DNA from: an uncultured Pseudomonadota bacterium
GTDB lineage: Bacteria > Pseudomonadota > Alphaproteobacteria > JACZXZ01
Direction of reading: 5' to 3'
Length of the DNA stretch: 64,000 nucleotides
Assembly (NCBI GenBank): GCA_963749075.1
Contig: CAVVLJ010000017.1
Span: 608,001 to 672,000, forward strand
Part shown: positions 60,822 through 64,000 of the stretch, piece after piece
Layout of the letters: every line of letters begins with the position of its first letter
Numbering within the stretch: position 1 is the first letter of the stretch
The notes under the pieces: model-generated
What the model was told of the DNA's origin: nothing
Database searches by the model: none
Seen by the model: the letters and a program-made list of their open reading frames with translations, nothing else
Program-made: the position numbers and the translations under genes

Positions 60822-63083
60822 TTGCCGAGCCAGCATCCGAAGCAGAAGCCCTCCCCGCTGCCCACGCGGGAGGAGCTCGTGAACTTCATCCGCGAGAGCC
60901 CGGTGCCGGTGGGCAAGCGCGAGATCGCGCGCGCCTTCCGCCTCACGGGCGCCGAGCGCATCCAGCTCAAGGCCATGCTCAAGGAGCTGCAGCACGAGGG
61001 GGCGCTCGGGCGCGACCGCGCGCGGCGCTTCGGAGCCGCCGGCCGCCTGCCCGAGGTGACGCCCGTCGAGGTCATCGGCACCGATGCCGACGGCGAGCTC
61101 CTGGCGCGGCCGCTCGCGTGGGAGGGCGAGGGTCCGCCGCCGCGCATCTATATGGCGCCCGAGCGGCGCGGCCAGCCTGCCCTCGGGCGCGGCGACCGCG
61201 TGCTGGCGCGCTTGCGCCACGTCGGCGCCGGCAACTACGAGGGCCGCACCATCCGCCGCATCAGCGAGGCGCCGGACAAGGTGCTCGGCGTCCTCGCCTT
61301 CGGTCCAGACGGCGGGCGCATCCGGCCGACCGACCGCAAGCTCAAGGCCGAGTTCGCCGTGGCGCGCGGCGACGACGGCGGCGCCAAGGAGGGCGAGCTG
61401 GTGCTTGCCGAGGTGCTGCCTGGCCACCGGCTCGGCCTGCGCCAGGCGAAGATCGTCGAGCGCCTGGGCGATCTCGGCAACCCGCGCTCGGTCAGCCTGA
61501 TCGCCATCCTGGGGCGCGGCATTCCCGTCGATTTCCCGGCGGATGCGCTCGCCGAGGCAGCGGCCGCCGGCCCGGTCGGCCTGGCCGGGCGCACAGACCT
61601 GCGCCGCACCCCGCTCGTCACCATCGACGGCGAGGACGCCCGCGACTTCGACGATGCCGTGTGGGCCGAGCGCGATCCCGACGCCGGCAACCCCGGCGGC
61701 TGGCACCTTCTCGTCGCCATCGCCGACGTGGCGCATTACGTGCGGCCCGGGTCCCCGCTCGACCGCGCCGCCGGCGAGCGCGGCAATTCCGCCTATTTCC
61801 CCGACCGCGTCGTGCCCATGCTGCCGGAGGCGCTCTCCAACGGCTGGTGCTCGCTCAAGCCCGGCGAGGAGCGCGGCTGCCTCGCCGTGCACATGTGGAT
61901 CGACAAGGAGGGCGACAAGCTCCGCCACCGTTTCGAGCGCGGCCTCATGCGCTCGGCGGCGCGCCTCACCTATGCGCGGACGCAGGACGCCCACGACGGC
62001 CGCGGCGACGACGCCACAGCACCCCTCGCCGAGACGGTGATAGCACCGCTCTACGGCGCCTTCGAGGCCCTCCTCAAGGCGCGGCTCCGGCGCGGCGCCC
62101 TCGACCTCGACCTGCCCGAGCGGCAGATCGTCATCGGGGCGGACGGCCACATCGACCGCATCGTCCCCCGCCCGCGCCTCGACAGCCACCGCCTCATCGA
62201 GGAATTCATGATCGCGGCCAACGTCGCCGCGGCGGAGACGCTCGAGGAGCGCCGCACCCTCTGCATGTACCGCGTGCATGACGAGCCGGCGCCCGAGAAG
62301 ATCGACGCACTCCGCGAGTTCCTCGCCGGCCTCGGCTACAAGCTCGCCAAGGGACAGGTGCTGCGCCCCCAGCACTTCACCCAGATCCTCGACAAGGCGG
62401 CCGGCACGCCCGAGAGCCGCCTGGTGAGCGAGGTGGTGCTCAGGAGCCAGGCCCAGGCGCTCTACAGCCCCGAGAACCACGGCCATTTCGGCCTGGCGCT
62501 GCGCCGCTACGCCCATTTCACCTCGCCCATCCGGCGCTATCCCGACCTCCTCGTCCACCGCGGCCTCATCAGCGCCCTCGGGCTCGGGACCGACGGGCTG
62601 CCGCAAGGGCTCACGGAAGCCGTCTTCGCCCGCCTCGGCGAGCACACCTCCATGACCGAGCGGCGCGCGGACGCCGCCGAGCGTGAGGCGGAGGACCGCT
62701 TCACCGCCGCCTACCTCGCCTCGCGGGTAGGGGCGAGCTTCGCGGGCCGCATCTCGGGCGTCACCCGCTTCGGCCTCTTCGTCACCCTCGAGGAGACCGG
62801 CGCCGACGGGCTGATACCGATCAGTACGCTGCCCTCCGACTATTACATTCACGAGGAGCAGCGCCACCGCCTCGTCGGGCGCACGAGCGGCAACACCTAC
62901 GTGCTCGGCGACGCGGTCGAGGTGCGGCTCGGCGAGGCCGACATGGTGACGGGCGGGCTCATCTTCGAGCTCCTCTCGGGCGGCACCGCTGGTCGAGCGG
63001 GGAAGGGCAGCGCCGGCCGCGGCCGGCCGCGCGGCAGGCCGCCGCAGCGCCGCGGGGCCAAAGGGCGGGCACCGCACGGCTAG
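60822..63083 (+). CDS. rnr: Ribonuclease R
   Basis: TIDGEDARDFDDA, IEEFMIAAN, HFTSPIRRYPD, S1 domain. Confidence 0.95.
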   Translation: MPSQHPKQKPSPLPTREELVNFIRESPVPVGKREIARAFRLTGAERIQLKAMLKELQHEGALGRDRARRFGAAGRLPEVTPVEVIGTDADGELLARPLAWEGEGPPPRIYMAPERRGQPALGRGDRVLARLRHVGAGNYEGRTIRRISEAPDKVLGVLAFGPDGGRIRPTDRKLKAEFAVARGDDGGAKEGELVLAEVLPGHRLGLRQAKIVERLGDLGNPRSVSLIAILGRGIPVDFPADALAEAAAAGPVGLAGRTDLRRTPLVTIDGEDARDFDDAVWAERDPDAGNPGGWHLLVAIADVAHYVRPGSPLDRAAGERGNSAYFPDRVVPMLPEALSNGWCSLKPGEERGCLAVHMWIDKEGDKLRHRFERGLMRSAARLTYARTQDAHDGRGDDATAPLAETVIAPLYGAFEALLKARLRRGALDLDLPERQIVIGADGHIDRIVPRPRLDSHRLIEEFMIAANVAAAETLEERRTLCMYRVHDEPAPEKIDALREFLAGLGYKLAKGQVLRPQHFTQILDKAAGTPESRLVSEVVLRSQAQALYSPENHGHFGLALRRYAHFTSPIRRYPDLLVHRGLISALGLGTDGLPQGLTEAVFARLGEHTSMTERRADAAEREAEDRFTAAYLASRVGASFAGRISGVTRFGLFVTLEETGADGLIPISTLPSDYYIHEEQRHRLVGRTSGNTYVLGDAVEVRLGEADMVTGGLIFELLSGGTAGRAGKGSAGRGRPRGRPPQRRGAKGRAPHG

Positions 63084-63363
63084 CCGCGCGCGGGCCGACT
63101 CGGCTCGCTCCCGCCAGATGTGGCAAAATTCACGCGCTGCGGGTTATTTCGCCTCGGAAGTCCTTGGACAAGAGAAGCGCACTGCGCTACTTCTTACATG
63201 GCATATCGGGCAAGTAATGTCCTCCCTTGGCCACTTGGCCACTTGGCCGGCGGCCTTCGGCGGCCCCGCTTGCGGCGGGCGCCGGAGCGAAGGAGGACGG
63301 TGTGCATCCAGAGGGAACGCTTCCAGAGCGCGGACGGGTCGGCGGGGGGTTAGAGGATCGCGA

Positions 63364-64000
63364 ATGAGCGATGGTTTGCGGAGGACGCTCGCGGCGCGCT
63401 GCGCATGGCTGCGGCGCCCGGGCGTTGGCCTTCCCCTCTTCCTCGTCCTGGCACTGGCCGGCTGCGCGCAGGCCAGCGGCAGCGCGCACGGCCCCTTCGT
63501 CGGCGTCGCCGAGGCGGAGTTCGGCGCCGGCTTCACCGACATCGCCGAGCGCTACGTCGAGCCGGTCTCGATCGGCGATCTCGCGGTGGCCGGCATGCAG
63601 CGCATGGAGACCGTCGACGACAAGCTCAAGCTCACGCGCGAGGGGAGCCGGCTCCGCCTCTCCTACCAGGGCGGCCGGAGCATCGACTTCGCGGCCCCGA
63701 GCGACGATGATCCGGTCGCCTGGGCGGTGACCACGAGCCTGGTGCTCGACGGCGCGCGCGAGCTCTCGCCGGCGCTCAAGTCGACCGACCTCGAGGCCAT
63801 CTACGATTTCGTCTTCACCGGTGCCCTCAAGAGGCTCGACCCCTACTCGCGCTACGCCACTGCTGCTGCGGCCCGCGAGCAGCGCGCCCAGCGCGACGGC
63901 TTCGGCGGCATCGGCATCACCGTCAAGGAGGACGGCAAGGACATCCGCGTCGTCTCGGTGTTCGACGACGGGCCCTCGGCCAAGGCGGGCATCAAGCCCG
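63364..64000 (+). CDS. S41/CtpA-family PDZ protease, probable lipoprotein (runs off the window)
   Basis: Read by hand: LALAGC lipobox, LDPYSRY, GFGGIGITV, GPSAKAGIKP. Confidence 0.8.
   Translation, partial: MSDGLRRTLAARCAWLRRPGVGLPLFLVLALAGCAQASGSAHGPFVGVAEAEFGAGFTDIAERYVEPVSIGDLAVAGMQRMETVDDKLKLTREGSRLRLSYQGGRSIDFAAPSDDDPVAWAVTTSLVLDGARELSPALKSTDLEAIYDFVFTGALKRLDPYSRYATAAAAREQRAQRDGFGGIGITVKEDGKDIRVVSVFDDGPSAKAGIKP

Noticed and set aside
63225-63248. Short CTTGGCCA tandem upstream of the S41 protease
   Set aside because: Under three copies of 8 bp; nothing supports a function.

Overview
High-GC alphaproteobacterial chromosome segment (Rhodospirillales-like, judged from the gatCAB / ruvX-pyrB-pyrC-plsY-dprA-topA-rnr backbone, hemA and btaAB). 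Three parts stand out. (1) Bases 1-23 kb form a redox cluster with FNR-like boxes and a sigma54 promoter. It encodes an MtrA/MtrB-type porin-decaheme pair, a CbcL-like heptaheme-cytochrome b fusion, a CbcBA-like nonaheme plus cytochrome b pair, a heme-c sensor kinase with a sigma54 activator, two four-heme c4-type proteins, two tandem c2 genes, two further monoheme proteins, hemG, hemA, a Coq10-like protein and the rhodoquinone gene rquA (39 CxxCH motifs by my count). (2) A phosphorus-free lipid operon (GT4-btaA-btaB) with a Pho-box-like site lies next to tRNA-Ser. (3) A visibly lower-GC defence island at about 47.1-53.8 kb holds a BglII-family R-M system, a DGQHR / HEPN-like / adenine methyltransferase operon that I cannot assign to a named system, and a MazEF-like pair. 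Several genes carry single-base indels that look like systematic sequencing errors; I reconstructed these by hand. All family calls rest on motif recognition by eye, with no database searches.
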